A DNA stretch of 63,097 bases, filler included, from Saprolegnia diclina VS20 (taxonomy: Eukaryota), in NCBI RefSeq assembly GCF_000281045.1. It is 4 parts of 2 records of this genome, joined end to end, with 100 filler letters (N's around TTAATTAATTAA, not from the genome) between each part and the next. Parts side by side here need not be neighbours in the genome. Positions count along the whole stretch, not along the records: positions 26,081 to 43,783 come from NW_008246069.1; positions 43,884 to 60,841 come from NW_008246069.1; 2 more parts are not named here. The stretch is one strand, 5' to 3'. This document shows positions 32,191 through 44,760 of this stretch, piece after piece. Made by a program: the position numbers and the translations under genes. Positions within the stretch are counted from its first letter, which is position 1; each line of letters begins with the position of its first letter. The notes beneath the pieces are model-generated. The model saw only the letters and a list, made by a program, of their open reading frames with translations, searched no databases and was not told the DNA's origin.

Positions 32191-34727
32191 ATGAACAGTC
32201 CACGGGAGCTCGTAGCGACGGCCGGCATGGACGCGTCGATCGCATCTCGGACGCGGACCAAGGTAGATGCACTCGAGGAAGTGAGGTAGACAGCTCTATG
32301 TGTGCTAGGTCTCGCTTGTCGACGTGGACATTGAGCAGCTGGAGGGCGACCTCGCGGACGACCCATCTTGCATGGGCCTCGACATGGACGTGATCGAGGA
32401 GGAAGAGAACTACCGGCGCTTCCTCACGTCGTTGCTTCCGAACGCGTCTTCGGACGACGACGACCTCTCGTTCCTCTGCGACGACGACGACGAAGAATAC
32501 CATCCGCATGACGACGACGGCGACGACGAGTACGACGACGAGTACGACGAGCACAAGCAGTCGCGCCACGCCGACATGGCCAACAGCATCTCCAAGTCGG
32601 AGCTCTCGGGACTGCTCTGGGACTCGTCCAACCTCGACTTAGTCTCGGCGCCGCCGATCGACGAGACCCAGGAAGCGCCACCGAGCGCCAGTCGGCCCAA
32701 GCCACTCACCTCATCCTTTGTCCAGATCCAGCCGAATGGCCACTGGAAAGGGTCTCTCACCAAGGCGCAGCTCACGCAGCTGGCGTCCCAGATGCACAAG
32801 CACTACCAGTTGCTCTGCCAGACGACAATCTTGGCGCCATCGACCCCAGGCGCGCCGGTTCTAGAAACGTCGGCGATGCTGGCCGACCTCCAGCGCCGCA
32901 GTGAAGCCGTGCGCGCGTGGAAGGAGTCGGTCGTCTCGAAATTGCACCCGTCCGAGTCGACGTCGACGCTGCTGCTCAACGCTAGGCGCGTCACGCGGTC
33001 GTTTAGCGCTGCCCACGCTGCGATCGTCAACCCGTCCATGTACGAGGTCCACAATTTACTTCGCCCGTTCTCGACGCTGCATGTGACCGACGACACAAGC
33101 CGCACCGAGCGACTGCGCACGCACCTCGGCGCGCTCGACCACCATCTCTTGCATCCGGCCAAGTTTAAGCCCAAGGAGTCCCTCCTCGAAGTCTTTACCG
33201 AGAGCGAAGACCGGTTGCTCGTCCACGGCGTGAAGCGGTCGGGCGCCAAGATCAGCTGGACAGCGATTCAAAAGAACTTTTTACCGACCAAGTCCACGGA
33301 CGACCTCCGTGCACGGTACGCCGTCGTCTCCAGATTTCTTTACGTAGAAATGGTGTGGTGCTAGGTACCGGTTTCTGTCGAGTGCCAAGGCGCCGCAAAA
33401 CCCTGTCAAGGCCTTCATCTCGTCGTTTCCGCCGCGCCGCGTCGCGCCATGGCTCATTGAAGAAGAGATTCGCATTCTACGTGGCATGCTCGCGTTCGAC
33501 GAAGACGAGCGTCGAAAGTTTTCCAAGATTGGCACACAGCTTTTGCCCCATCGGTCTCGGTATGTCCTCATCAACCTAGCCTTATGGCCGCTCTAATGCG
33601 TGCTGTAGGAGCGAAATTCGCAAAAAGTGGGGTCGGATGCAAGTCGAGATGGCCCAAGACGAGCCTCCGGACGGCACGGCAACGTTGACGTCGCGCGAAC
33701 GAGATATTGTGCGGTGGCAGCGTGCCCTCGAGCGCAAGCTGGGGGAAAAGGAAAAGCAGGCAGCGCGCCACCCGCTTCTTGACGCACGGGTATTCGAACC
33801 CCTGACGACCGCAGCCAGCAATCACGAAGCAGCGTACAACGATATACCGTCCATGGCGCTCGATGAAAATGATTTTGAACTAGAACGGCGCCGCAGTGTC
33901 TAGAGAAGCATTTACACCCGGCACTGTTCTACTCGCCGTGGGCGATAGCAGCGCCATCGCTTTTGCTCGACTCGACATGTGAGCACAACTGGCCTGCCTC
34001 GCTGCCACTCAAGAAGAAGAGCAAGGCCGTCAAGGTACTTATCTCGTATGTATCTTGTCTACATTATTGCAATCTCGTTTAGGGCAAGCGTACTCTACCA
34101 ACGGCCAGCGACTGGGCGTCGATGCAGTTTGCCAGCGACGACGAAGACAGCGAGTTTGAGGTTGAAGATCTCGTTTCGTCCGATGAAGATGACGACGACG
34201 CGGACGAGGATGAAGAGGCTGCGAAACCAGAGCCACTGTACTATGGAGACCTCTCGGACATGGACTTTGAGCAAGTCGAGCTGGACGACGATGACGACGA
34301 GGACGAGGACGACGATGTGTTCTTGGAGGCATCGGAAACTGCGTTTGCATCGCCTCACCCTGCGAGTGTGCATCTTCCACAAGCCTCCGAGCGCACACTT
34401 GCCGCCCTGGAGCGCCGCATTAGCGGCCATCTTCCGTCGCCACGTCCCCGGCTTCTCTCCGAGGTCGACTCGTCATCGATGCTCATGCTCATGGACGACG
34501 ACCCGCACGATATCATGGAAGTCGAAGAGCTCGAAGATGATTATAGCGACCTGGACGACGATGAGTTTGAGTGTGAAGAGCTTCTGCCAACCTCCGAGGA
34601 AGAAGAAGAAGACGAAAATGACAATGCATTTCGCACGATGGCGCCAACGCCGATCCAGAGCAGTCCACGCATCGATACGGCAAGGCTCGAGCTGCTCGCG
34701 CGGCGCATGTCTCAGAAAGGCAGCTAA
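32191..34727 (+). CDS. GON-4-like / Myb-SANT domain nuclear protein, multi-exon, with acidic tracts
   Basis: IASRTRTK/VSLVDVDIEQLE, EENYRRFL, QMHKHYQLLCQT, FTESEDRLLVHG...WTAIQKNFLPTK (SANT), WLIEEEIRILRG; Asp/Glu-rich C-terminus. Start uncertain (32131 or 32191). Confidence 0.7.
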
Positions 34728-35527
34728 CTACTACTTCAATCAAAAGGCTCTGTGCCTATCTCGAGAAGAGACTGCTAATTCGTTTTAAATGCATTGATGA
34801 GAATTCGATATAGTATTTGCGATTGAGACGCCTCGATTCATTTATTCGTACGCAATTTCTTGGGAAAAGGGGTTGACACTTGACATAATATGGTTTGAAA
34901 GCGTCAAGAAGGGAGCGTCTTCGTAAGGTTCGCCGCCTATCATGGCTCATCATTGCCCACCGATTGTCACTCGGTGTGTGGGTTTTACCTCAAGAGATTG
35001 ATCATGTCTTCCCGCCTCGACCAGCGAGAGCCAAAACTAACCGGTAATAGCCGGCTGGCCAACCGGATAACCTAGCCGAATTAAAAATCGGTTAGTCCCC
35101 ATGCGGGCACTGGGTTGCCCACATTTCGGGCTCGGTGGAACGACATCAAGGCTACTGCAAGTCCACTTGGAGACCCAGACTTGTCCCTCCACACTTATGC
35201 AGCCACGCTTAGCAGCTAAAATGTGCTGCAGGTGGTCTTCATCATGTGATTTTGAACTTGGTCGCACCAGCAGCTTTTGGCACCACATTTGGAGGGCCGA
35301 CTGGTGCATCTAAAGGCAGTCCGTCACCTTGGATTGGCATCGATATCGATATTCCAAGTCGACGAGCGGGTCGAAATCACCGAGCCCGGGGTGGCTGCTG
35401 CTACGCAGCTTTTTCGCTCCGGCTCCACTGGTAATTGGCCCTCAATTGTGAATGTTGGTTGGTTGTACGACCTACATTCTTGTTTGTTGGGCCAATCAGA
35501 AATGAATCGCATTATCACGTGACGCAG

Positions 35528-38500
35528 ATGCAAGGCGCGGCAAGTGGTGGGACCAAGGTACGCAGCCATCGACGGAGCGTCTCTCCAACGATGAGTAGCA
35601 GGCCGTTCGTGCGTGGCTACACGCTATAGACAAGGGCAACGCGGATACGTTTCCCGCCACTCTCCACATCGACGCACCACTCGACCTGGTACAGTCTCGT
35701 CGCGACCCGGCGTTGTTTGCTATATGCTGGTCGTAGGCGGGGAACACGGCGCTGCATGTAGCAGCGGCTGCAGGTCATCTTGCTGGCGTGCGACGCCTTG
35801 TCTCGCTGGGCAGTGACCTCGACGCACTCAACACGGTCTGCGAAGACGGCAAAAGCATATTCTTTGCTCAATCATGAGTGTCTTCGTAGCGTCAGCGAAC
35901 GCCACTGCTCGTGGCCGCCGCGCATGGTAACGCTGCATGCGCTATGGCATTACTGGAGGCCGGCGCCTTGCCCGAAGCACCCCGCCACGTAGGTCCTCGT
36001 CTCGAATATAAGGATGGCACAGTGTGCGTAGAGCCCGCTCTTTGAAGCGTGTCGGTGCGGCTTCTTGGACGTTGCGCGCGGCCTCATCGCCGCCGGCGCC
36101 GACGTCAATTTTATGAATGTCGTAGCGAATCTACACTGGTCCATACACCAACGTATTCCTGGTAGGGAGGGTATGTGCCACTGATGGCGCTGCCGCGGTG
36201 CCCGCCCAAGGTGGACATTGAGCCATTGCTGGCGTTGCTCGTGGCCTCTGGCGCCGACATTCATCGATGCACCGACGTACGCTACCGCTACGTCCTTGAT
36301 TCACGGTATAATGTGAAGCGTAGCCAGGTGCGGTTGGTGACTTTGCCCAGCAACCAAACCGGTACCGACTCTTTCTTCGCTACGGTGCGCGTGTATCGGA
36401 CATGGTACGACCTAGCACCTTGCACAGCCTGCGGTGAGGCTGAGCAACTCGTAGGATCTAAAGCTGCTCGTGCACAACACTGCACTCCTTCACGTCTACC
36501 TCGAGGCCGGCGGCGACCCCGACGCTCAAACCACGGTGGGCCGAGCTTCGACGCATATCTCTTGACAGTATCCTAGCCGCGCGGTGTGACGCTTCTGGGC
36601 CTGCTTGTGCAAGCCAATGATTTTGCCGGTCTATGCATGGCGGCGCCCATCGGCAATGTCGGCGCGGTCCGCTTGTCTGAACCGTCCATGTTACTTATCA
36701 GCGCCTAGTCTCATGGCGCCAGCTACTATGACACTCCCCTTGGCATTGCCATTCTCACAAGTGCTGACCCATCCATCTTTCAAGTGCTCTTGGATAGCCC
36801 CTGCTCGCAAACGGTAGATACAAACGTTTTTGCTAGCTCCTCGCTCATCGACGTGACGCTAGGTGTACAATGATGCACTGCGGAGTGCGCTCAATTTGCA
36901 TCATACGACGGACGCAACGCTGCGCCTTTTGATGGCCAAGGCCGACTTGGGCGCTGACGTTGACAGAATGTGCAAGAGGTCTGTGCTCACGTGGGGAGCG
37001 TGGTTTAGGGCATTGTACAGTACTGTCTCGAGAAACCACGACGCATGGCTCTGCTCCTGAACGGAGGCTATGACCCCAACAGGAGGACACCGGTAGACAT
37101 CTCGTCATCGTCGAGCATGCCATGAAGTGCCTTGGGGTATAGGAAGGCTACACTGCGCTGTTTCTAGCCGTTCAGCGTGGGCAAAGCCCCGAGGTTGTCC
37201 GCCTCCTCGCGCCCCGCACAACCGACCTCCTCACCGAGCGCCACGTATGCATCAAGATGCTCATACCGCTCATACGATGACGCGTCATGTAGGATGGACG
37301 CACGGCGCTGGACGTCGCGGTCGCGTTGGGTCACACGTCCATTGTGCGCGCACTTCTCCAAGCAGGTTTTGCATCGGTGACGACGCTGCCGACGGACACT
37401 GTGTTTGGACACCTGTGCACGATTCGGTTTCCCGAGACGACGCTTCTTTACGAAGGCTGGCGCACCGACTCGATCGCGTACTCTGAGCTCGAGCTGCATT
37501 ACATGGCCTCGCTCTGCGCTGTGCTCGACGCGCCCGACTGGCGGTCACACTCACGTCTGTATTCGCCACTGCTGCAGCAAGAAGTCGACCATATCCGCCA
37601 CTCGAACCCACACAACTGGACCCCCAATACGGCGCGCGGCGTGTACCACGTTGATTGGGGCAACAACGACATCTGTGCTGCGCTGCGAACGCATCTCGCG
37701 CCGCTCAAAGGCGCTTGGAACGGCCCTGTCCATACCATCGTCGAGCCCATGCGCGGTGGCTCGATCGAGGGACACACGCGGTATAGCGTCGTGCCGCACG
37801 GTGGGCGAGTGGGGCTCGCCACCGACGTCGTGCGGCACTCGACGACCGTTGACCATCCCTTGGTGGCTGCGGTGACGTGTCCGCATGTTCAGCTCTTGCC
37901 GACACCGGTCATCTGGGACCCCGAGACGGGCCGCGCAACGTTCGAGAGCTACATTGTCGATGTCCTATGGACTAGAACTGCAGTCTACAATGCACTGGCA
38001 AACGCGCTCTCAGATATCTTGCCGTTATTGAACCGCGCGGCGACACTCGAGGCAAGCCCAACACCAAGTCGTCTTTGCGCGCCAGCATCCGATGTAGCCG
38101 GCGTCCGCGTTGCGCTGCCACCGAGCTTCGAGGCGGCGGTCTTGCGTTCGTTTTCACGACGCTCGCAGCCCCTCGAGACGCACTTACAAGTGCTCTGCAG
38201 CGTCGAGAGCCTCCACGCGCCGCCGACACCGTGGGCCACGCCCTGGCGACGCGGCACGGGGGCGATCAACGAAGCTGTGCGGTACACGGCACTGGTCTTC
38301 TACGATCTCGTTGACGTCGAGGCACGGGTCGAGTTGCGCGAGACGTTTGAGCGCGTCAACACGTACCCTAATCCCGAGGACGCAGACGAAGAGGTGCGAG
38401 CCAGATGCTTGTTAGTGTCGATGGACGCCAAACCTGGACGGCGCTAGGTGTTTGGGCCCGAAATTTCCGACAAGCGGACGCAAGACACGGGGTTTGTCAC

Positions 38501-38840
38501 GGCGCGTCTCGGCCGCGTCGTCTTGATTCCTACCAACGCGACCTACCGCCTCTCGCTCCGGCGCGTCGACGCCAATCAAAATGGCCATTGCAAAATCCTT
38601 ACGTGGCATCTTGTCGATGCGCACCATGGTGGCCTCTTGTCGACGGCCGAGGTGTACCCGCAGCAGCGAGCCTGGTTCCTCGAGGCCATTCAAGGCACCC
38701 GCTTCACGGCGCTTCCGACGGACCTGCTCGAGCTCGTGCTTTTGTGTGTCGGCGCCGGCTTTGTGGACAATGACCGCATGGTCGATACGTGGCACGCGAC
38801 TCGCAACGACATTGTGCGCCGCGCTATGCAGTTTGCGTAA
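35528..38840 (+). CDS. Ankyrin-repeat + DUF4246-like protein (copy A), many short exons
   Basis: Ankyrin exons GNTALHVAAAAGH, TPLLVAAAHGN, SPLFEACRCG; C-terminal QLLPT...ATFESYI...LQVLC...AINEAV...GHCKILTWHLVD...LSTAEVYPQQRAW. Confidence 0.75.
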
Positions 38841-39266
38841 ACGGTCTAGGGTCTCGCCGCGTCACGACGCGTCCTGTAGCACAAGTACATTTCAACCCAA
38901 ACCACATCTGCATGTGAAAATCTCCAGTATGTCCATCAACGGCAACTTCTTTGATGCATTTGACTGGCTTCGATTTCGAACAAAATGCTGTTGGCGGGCA
39001 TTTTGTCAAGTGAGGAGCAAGATAGAGCGCGATCGGGTGAAGTTGTGGTGTTTATGATGCAGCGTCGGGTCCAATGGTTGGCGACCTGACGCCGCAACGA
39101 CGGGAACAAACTTGGCGCCTTTCAAGCGTCGCAGTTCTCGCGTCATCCTGTCACCTCGTCGATTGAAAGGACGAGTTCGTTTGACTGCTGTGTGCGTCGT
39201 AGCACCTCAAGGATTGGGCAGCGGCAGCCATTTAGAAAACACAGTTAGTATGGACAGACAATGTGT

Positions 39267-42200
39267 CTAGCGCTGCCATTCTTCTACCAACGAGGCCCGC
39301 GCAACGTCGCCCATGAGCCGTGTGAGCATCTCGCAGCGCGTCGCCTTGCTGGCGTTGGCGATGGCTTGAGCTTTGGCGTCGTCCAAAATGAAATCGCCGA
39401 AAAACGAGAGCACGTGATCGACGACAACCGTCGGGAGCGTCGCCAAGCGAGAGCCTTGAACTGCGTCGTAGAACCAGTGCTTTTGCTGCGGGTAGACCTC
39501 GGCCGTCGACAAGAGCGGGTCCATGTCCTTCGACACAAACGCCCACGAGAGGACCTTGCAGTGGCCCGGATGGCTGGCATCGATCGGCGACAGCACGATG
39601 CGGTAGGCAGTGGCGCAGTCAAAGAACACGATGCGGCTTGGAGAGAGCGTGACAGCGCCTGTCGTCTGGGACTGAACGACGTTGCGCTTCCGGCACAGTA
39701 CCTAGTGGCTCGACTTGATATCTGATGGTCCAACGTGCTGTCGTACCTCGGTGCTGGGATCGCTGGGGCGTGGGCACGTGTTGGTTGCTGCAAATGTCTG
39801 GGCAAACTCGACACGAGCCGTGACATTGCGAGCGTCGTACAAGACGAGGGCAGTGGTACCAATGGCTTCGTTGATGGCACTTGTCGGCCGTTGCCAGGCC
39901 GTGACGGTCGGAAGTCCGGGCAAAATTGTGCGATAGCACTGCACGCCGCAAAGCACTTGACGCTGCGATGGCACGTCTGTGTCCCATGTCGCGATGCGAG
40001 GAAACTCAAAACCCTTGACGCTCGGTAACACGGGTGGCTTTGTGCCCTTGAGTCGGCGCGACGCCGTTTGCGAGAGACGAATGCGCGGTTGATCGTCGTG
40101 CGGAGTGCTCTCGACGTGGTGAAGCAGCGGCAGCACGAACGAAAGCGAGGCCGTCAGCGTCTCGTACAGCTCGCACATCGACGGTGGGACGTTGTTGACG
40201 TAGCTCTTCAGCGTTGCGCGGCCGGTCGCAGCATCCCACGCCACATTCGTCGGCAAGAACTGCTGCGTGAAGCATGTGACCGGCGCAAGGTTGTAGTACT
40301 CGATGTCCGAGTGCCACACTGTCTCCGTCGGCACGCCGAGTCGACCGCGGTGTGGCTCAAACGAGTACTGCGTGTGACCATACACGGCACCATACATGGC
40401 GGGGTCGACAACGTCGAGACGATGGTCGTGCCACTGTGCTGCGGCTTCAAGGGGTGCGAGCTGGTATTGCAGCGCTCGGTGAAGAACAGCGATTTTCGGG
40501 TCGTCCTTGAAGAAGACGCCACGCGACGTGCTTGGTGTGAACCCGCTAGTCTTCTGGGTCTTGAGATAGGCCACCTCGGCACGCAGCAAGGCGAGGCCGT
40601 CTGGCGCCAAGTTGGTTGTCGGTAGCGGTGCCTTGAGCCAGTTGGGATCGTCAAGCACCGCTGAGAGGACTGCCATGTACTGGAGCTCAAGACGAGCGTA
40701 GGCTGGACGCAGTACGTATGGTGCCAATCCTAGGTGGTGCGCGGCAGCCGTGTGGCTGCCGACGTTGGCTGGGTGCCAGTAGAGCGCCTCGATTGGGAGG
40801 TTATGCGGCTGAGGAAACCCCGCATGCAGTAGCGGCACCAGCATACGGCGGCATTGCTGCTGCTTGAGTACGACGTCGAGAATGGACTCTCCATCCTACA
40901 CACCGTGATTGTCATACAAGCTGCGAAGGCAGATGACGATGCGTACGTGTCGCTCGGCAATCATGTCGGTAGTGGCGAACGGCGCCAAGAGCTGCACCGC
41001 GCCGTCGCCATTGTACTGTGCCGCCATAAAAAGCGCCGAGTACCCCTCCTGTACATTCATCGTTAGTACAAGGTACTTGGGTCTTGGCGTACGGCACTGC
41101 GCATCGTCGGGTCGGCGCCCACGCGGAGGAGCCGACGAACGCACTCGCCATCAAAGTAATAGCCGTTGCTGGCCAAGAAGGGCTAGAATATTGCACATCA
41201 ATTCGTATATCATTCGTGACACGCATGTCGTCATCGCTCTCGGTACCTCGGACGTCATGTCGGCTTTGGACGCTATCAAGTTGAACGTGTCTTCCGGGAC
41301 GCTGCCTCCCTCGCGGAGAGCCACCTTGAGCGCGCCATTGTAGTACTGCGTACGGCGTTACTAGTCCGTTCACCACCTTGAATTCGTGTTCGCTACCTGC
41401 GGCGGCGGATGGCTGGCGTGGGCCAGAAGCGCTTCGAGCACCGACGCGTCGACACGGTTACTGATGGCGGCGCGCAGGGCCGAGGTTTCGGCCATGACCC
41501 CATACTAGGATCACAATACATTGTCAGCTTAGTATATTCACAAACCTGTTCACCTCGTCAATGTAGTTGACATCCGAGTATCGCGCAAGAAAGCACGCGC
41601 CGTCGCGGTCGCCTCGGCGCAGCAAGTGACACAGGAGACGCACGCGATGGACCTAACATGTAAAGCGTTTGAGCATGTCGCAGGCGACAATATACGCGTC
41701 GGTACCTTGGTATCACCAACGTACACGTCGTCAACGTCGACGCACACATCGGGGTTGCCCCCCATCTCGATGTAGAGCTGCAAGAGTGGCACGTTGTAGT
41801 CCAAAAGCGCCGGCTCCTAGGCATATATTTAGTGCGACAATATTCGAGTGGGCATCGAAAGACGTACAATGTCGTCGGCGCGCAAAACGTGTGGCATCAG
41901 AAGACGCAGCCGGACGAGATTGCGTGCCAACCACCGGACGACGCGTTTGGGATTCTACGCAAACTTTTCACTTTAGTAGTAGCGCTATTCATGTAGCGTA
42001 CCGGTCCAATGGTGGCACCAGCCGCAACGAGGGCCGTCACCATGGGGGCAATGTCGATGCGCTTGTCGAGGGCAGCCAGTGCTGTCAGTGGCGTACAGTC
42101 GCCCTAGTCATGGTCATCCCTTGATCCAAGATACCAGAGGAGGTTGTGTGTACCTCGACGACCACGTGCACATTTGCCCCCGCCGCCACAAGACGGCACA

Positions 42201-42761
42201 CCACGTCACTCAAGCCATGAAAGCACGCAATGTAGAGCAGACTCGGCGACTCCTAATGCGATAGTGCAATTCGAATCCTACTCCATGATCGAGCTCGTGT
42301 ACCTCGGTGCGGCCATTGGCACTGGCGCCGTGCTCGAGCAAGAGCAATGCGCAAGACGCGTGCGTATTGCTGATGGCAACGTACAGCGGCGTCACGCCCT
42401 CCTAATACTCAAAGTCAAACTCAACGCTATCGGGCGCGCGAGCCATACCGTATTGAGAACGTCCAAGTCGGACATGCGCGGCGCAAGAAAGCGAATGGCC
42501 TTTTCGTGCCCGATCGCTGCCGCATGATGCAGCGCCGTGTTACCCTCCTGTAGAGGAATATGCTGCTGGCGTTCGGGTGCACAGTGAGCACCTCGTCGAT
42601 CGGCGCGGTAGTGTCAAAGGGCAGATCCGACTTGCGATCGCTGTCTGCGGCAAGAGCAGCGAACCACTCTTGCAGGACGCTCTACACAACGAGAGCGTGC
42701 ACCGATGTGGCTCGGGTCGCTGTCAAACCTGGCGGTCGTCGAGGTTGCCGTTGGCTTGCAT
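39267..42761 (-). CDS. Ankyrin-repeat + DUF4246-like protein (copy B), convergent with copy A
   Basis: Exons MQANGNLDDRQ, EGNTALHHAAAIGH, TPLYVAISNTH; domain DVVDPAMYGAVYGHT...QFLPTNV...SYVNNVPP...AINEAIGTTALVLYD...GHCKVL...LSTAEVYPQQKHW; exon layout parallels copy A. Confidence 0.75.
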
Positions 42762-43269
42762 ATTGCACACTGACGCTGTGCAGCACGCAGCNNNNNNNNN
42801 NNNNNNNNNNNNNNNNNNNNNNNNNNNNNNNNNNNNNNNNNNNNNNNNNNNNNNNNNNNNNNNNNNNNNNNNNNNNNNNNNNNNNNNNNNNNNNNNNNNN
42901 NNNNNNNNNNNNNNNNNNNNNNNNNNNNNNNNNNNNNNNNNNNNNNNNNNNNNNNNNNNNNNNNNNNNNNNNNNNNNNNNNNNNNNNNNNNNNNNNNNNN
43001 NNNNNNNNNNNNNNNNNNNNNNNNNNNNNNNNNNNNNNNNNNNNNNNNNNNNNNNNNNNNNNNNNNNNNNNNNNNNNNNNNNNNNNNNNNNNNNNNNNNN
43101 NNNNNNNNNNNNNNNNNNNNNNNNNNNNNNNNNNNNNNNNNNNNNNNNNNNNNNNNNNNNNNNNNNNNNNNNNNNNNNNNNNNNNNNNNNNNNNNNNNNN
43201 NNNNNNNNNNNNNNNNNNNNNNNNNNNNNNNNNNNNNNNNNNNNNNNNNNNNNNNNNNNNNNNNNNNNN

Positions 43270-43783
43270 ACGATGCGGTAGGCAGCGGTGTTCGCAAGAA
43301 GCAAGAGGCGACTTGGATGCACCGAGACGAATCCCGTCACCTGGGACTGGAGACCATGTCGTGTGCCGCAGTGCACCTACAAAAATGTCATACCTCGCAC
43401 ATCTGCAGAGTGGCGTGTACCTCGATGGTGGGGTCGTCCGGGCTGGGGCACGTTTGAGCCATTCGAAACGACTCGGTGATCTCGACGCGGGCGGCGACGT
43501 TGACCAGGTCATAGAAAAGAAGTGCAGTCTGACTGACGGCTTCGTTGATGGCACCGGAGGTCCGCTGCCAAGCCGTGCTCGTTGACGCCATCTGCTTCTC
43601 GGGTGCGGTGCGGTAGACGTGAATGCTGCAGATCACTTGGCGCGGCGGCTCTGGGACGCCCATCGACGTCCCGTAGCTCGAAAACTTAACCGCCTTGACG
43701 CTCGGCAACTCGGGCTGGACGTCGCCAAGTGTAGCGGCACGGCGCAATGCTTTTTTGCTCAATCGAATGCGATGTGTCTTGTC
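43270..43783 (-). CDS. Fragment of a third DUF4246-like paralogue (copy C) between two gaps
   Basis: RIRLSKKALRR...RQVICSIHVYRT...WQRTSGAINEAVSQTALLFYD...PSPDDPTIE/intron/...TGFVSVHPSRLLLLANTAAYRI; similar to, but clearly distinct from, copy B. Confidence 0.75.
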
Positions 43784-44178
43784 NNNNNNNNNNNNNNNNN
43801 NNNNNNNNNNNNNNNNNNNNNNNNNNNTTAATTAATTAANNNNNNNNNNNNNNNNNNNNNNNNNNNNNNNNNNNNNNNNNNNNCGACCGGTGCCATGTCA
43901 CGCGCGCGTGCTGGGGAAAAGGAGGTGCTGGCAGGATCGCCGTCATCGCACCCCGTTGATCACAAACGTTGTCTAACTCAAGAGTGTACATAAATATCAT
44001 AGGGTGTGTAACGGCATCTATTTTGGGCATTTCCGGAAACGGATGCGTCGGATGTTTTCTCCAAACAAAACGTGACGAGTGAAATAAAATAAATCATAAT
44101 TAAAATACTCGAAATATTTTGCGTTTGTCTTTTTTATTACGCTTCTGTGGTCCTAATGAGGTCATCTTGGGGCCGTAG

Positions 44179-44294
44179 GATGGCGCTTAGCACATGCGCC
44201 CCGAGCCTTGCCACCGAGCTTAATACGTAGTCCAGGAATGCGGCTACATCCCATTCAAAATGTAGCCTTCGGGGCGCATGTGCTAAGCGCCATC
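44179..44294. repeat. Foldback: perfect 26-bp inverted repeat enclosing a second 8-bp hairpin
   Basis: GATGGCGCTTAGCACATGCGCCCCGA (44179-44204) pairs with TCGGGGCGCATGTGCTAAGCGCCATC (44269-44294); inner GGCTACAT/ATGTAGCC at 44242-44267. Confidence 0.92.
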
Positions 44295-44520
44295 GGTCGT
44301 CATGAAAAGGGTCTCTTGCCAACCGGAAAGAATCCAAGCCTGGCCGTTTCATATCCAATTCGAGGCTGGCAGTTTTGCTTATGATCTGCGGGGTCGACTG
44401 TCCAGCGGAGCTGGAGCCCGCGCCCGAGCCAGGACTGCAGCCCGCGTTGCGGTGCCGGAGTTGCTCATGCACTGGTCCGCTGGCTAATGCACGGCGACCG
44501 CTTCAGATTCGGGTGCCTTG

Positions 44521-44760
44521 GGGGGCCGCGTGGGTCGCGCGGTAGAATTTCTGCTTACAACTCCCAAGGTCGCCGGTTCGATCCCGACAAGTTTTCGTCG
44601 TCCGGATATCCCCCCCTCTATCCGGGCACGAACGTCAAGGAAGGCCGAGCCACATGTCGCCACTTGGCATGCGCCAATCAGAACGCAAGTTGTCCAAGAC
44701 GTTCATATATCGACTCTGAGGATCATTAGTCAGTATAACGAATCCAATATGATATGATAT
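44521..44760 (+). mobile_element. tRNA-derived SINE, 240 bp, flanked by a 16-bp target-site duplication
   Basis: AGATTCGGGTGCCTTG directly repeated at 44505-44520 and 44761-44776; head has A-box-like TGGGTCGCGCGG, anticodon-loop-like CTTACAA and B-box GGTTCGATCCC but no acceptor-stem pairing; 3' tail ATAT-GATAT-GATAT. Confidence 0.88.

Noticed and set aside
44150..44180. Hammerhead ribozyme core (CTAATGA...stem...CGTAG)
   Set aside because: Both invariant elements (CUGANGA and GAAA) are mismatched.
44365..44495. HDV-like ribozyme (stems followed by GCTAATG)
   Set aside because: Could not build the P1.1, P2 and P3 nested pseudoknot.
44524..44596. Functional tRNA-Val(TAC) gene
   Set aside because: Acceptor and anticodon stems do not pair, and it lies inside a TSD-flanked unit, so it is a SINE head.
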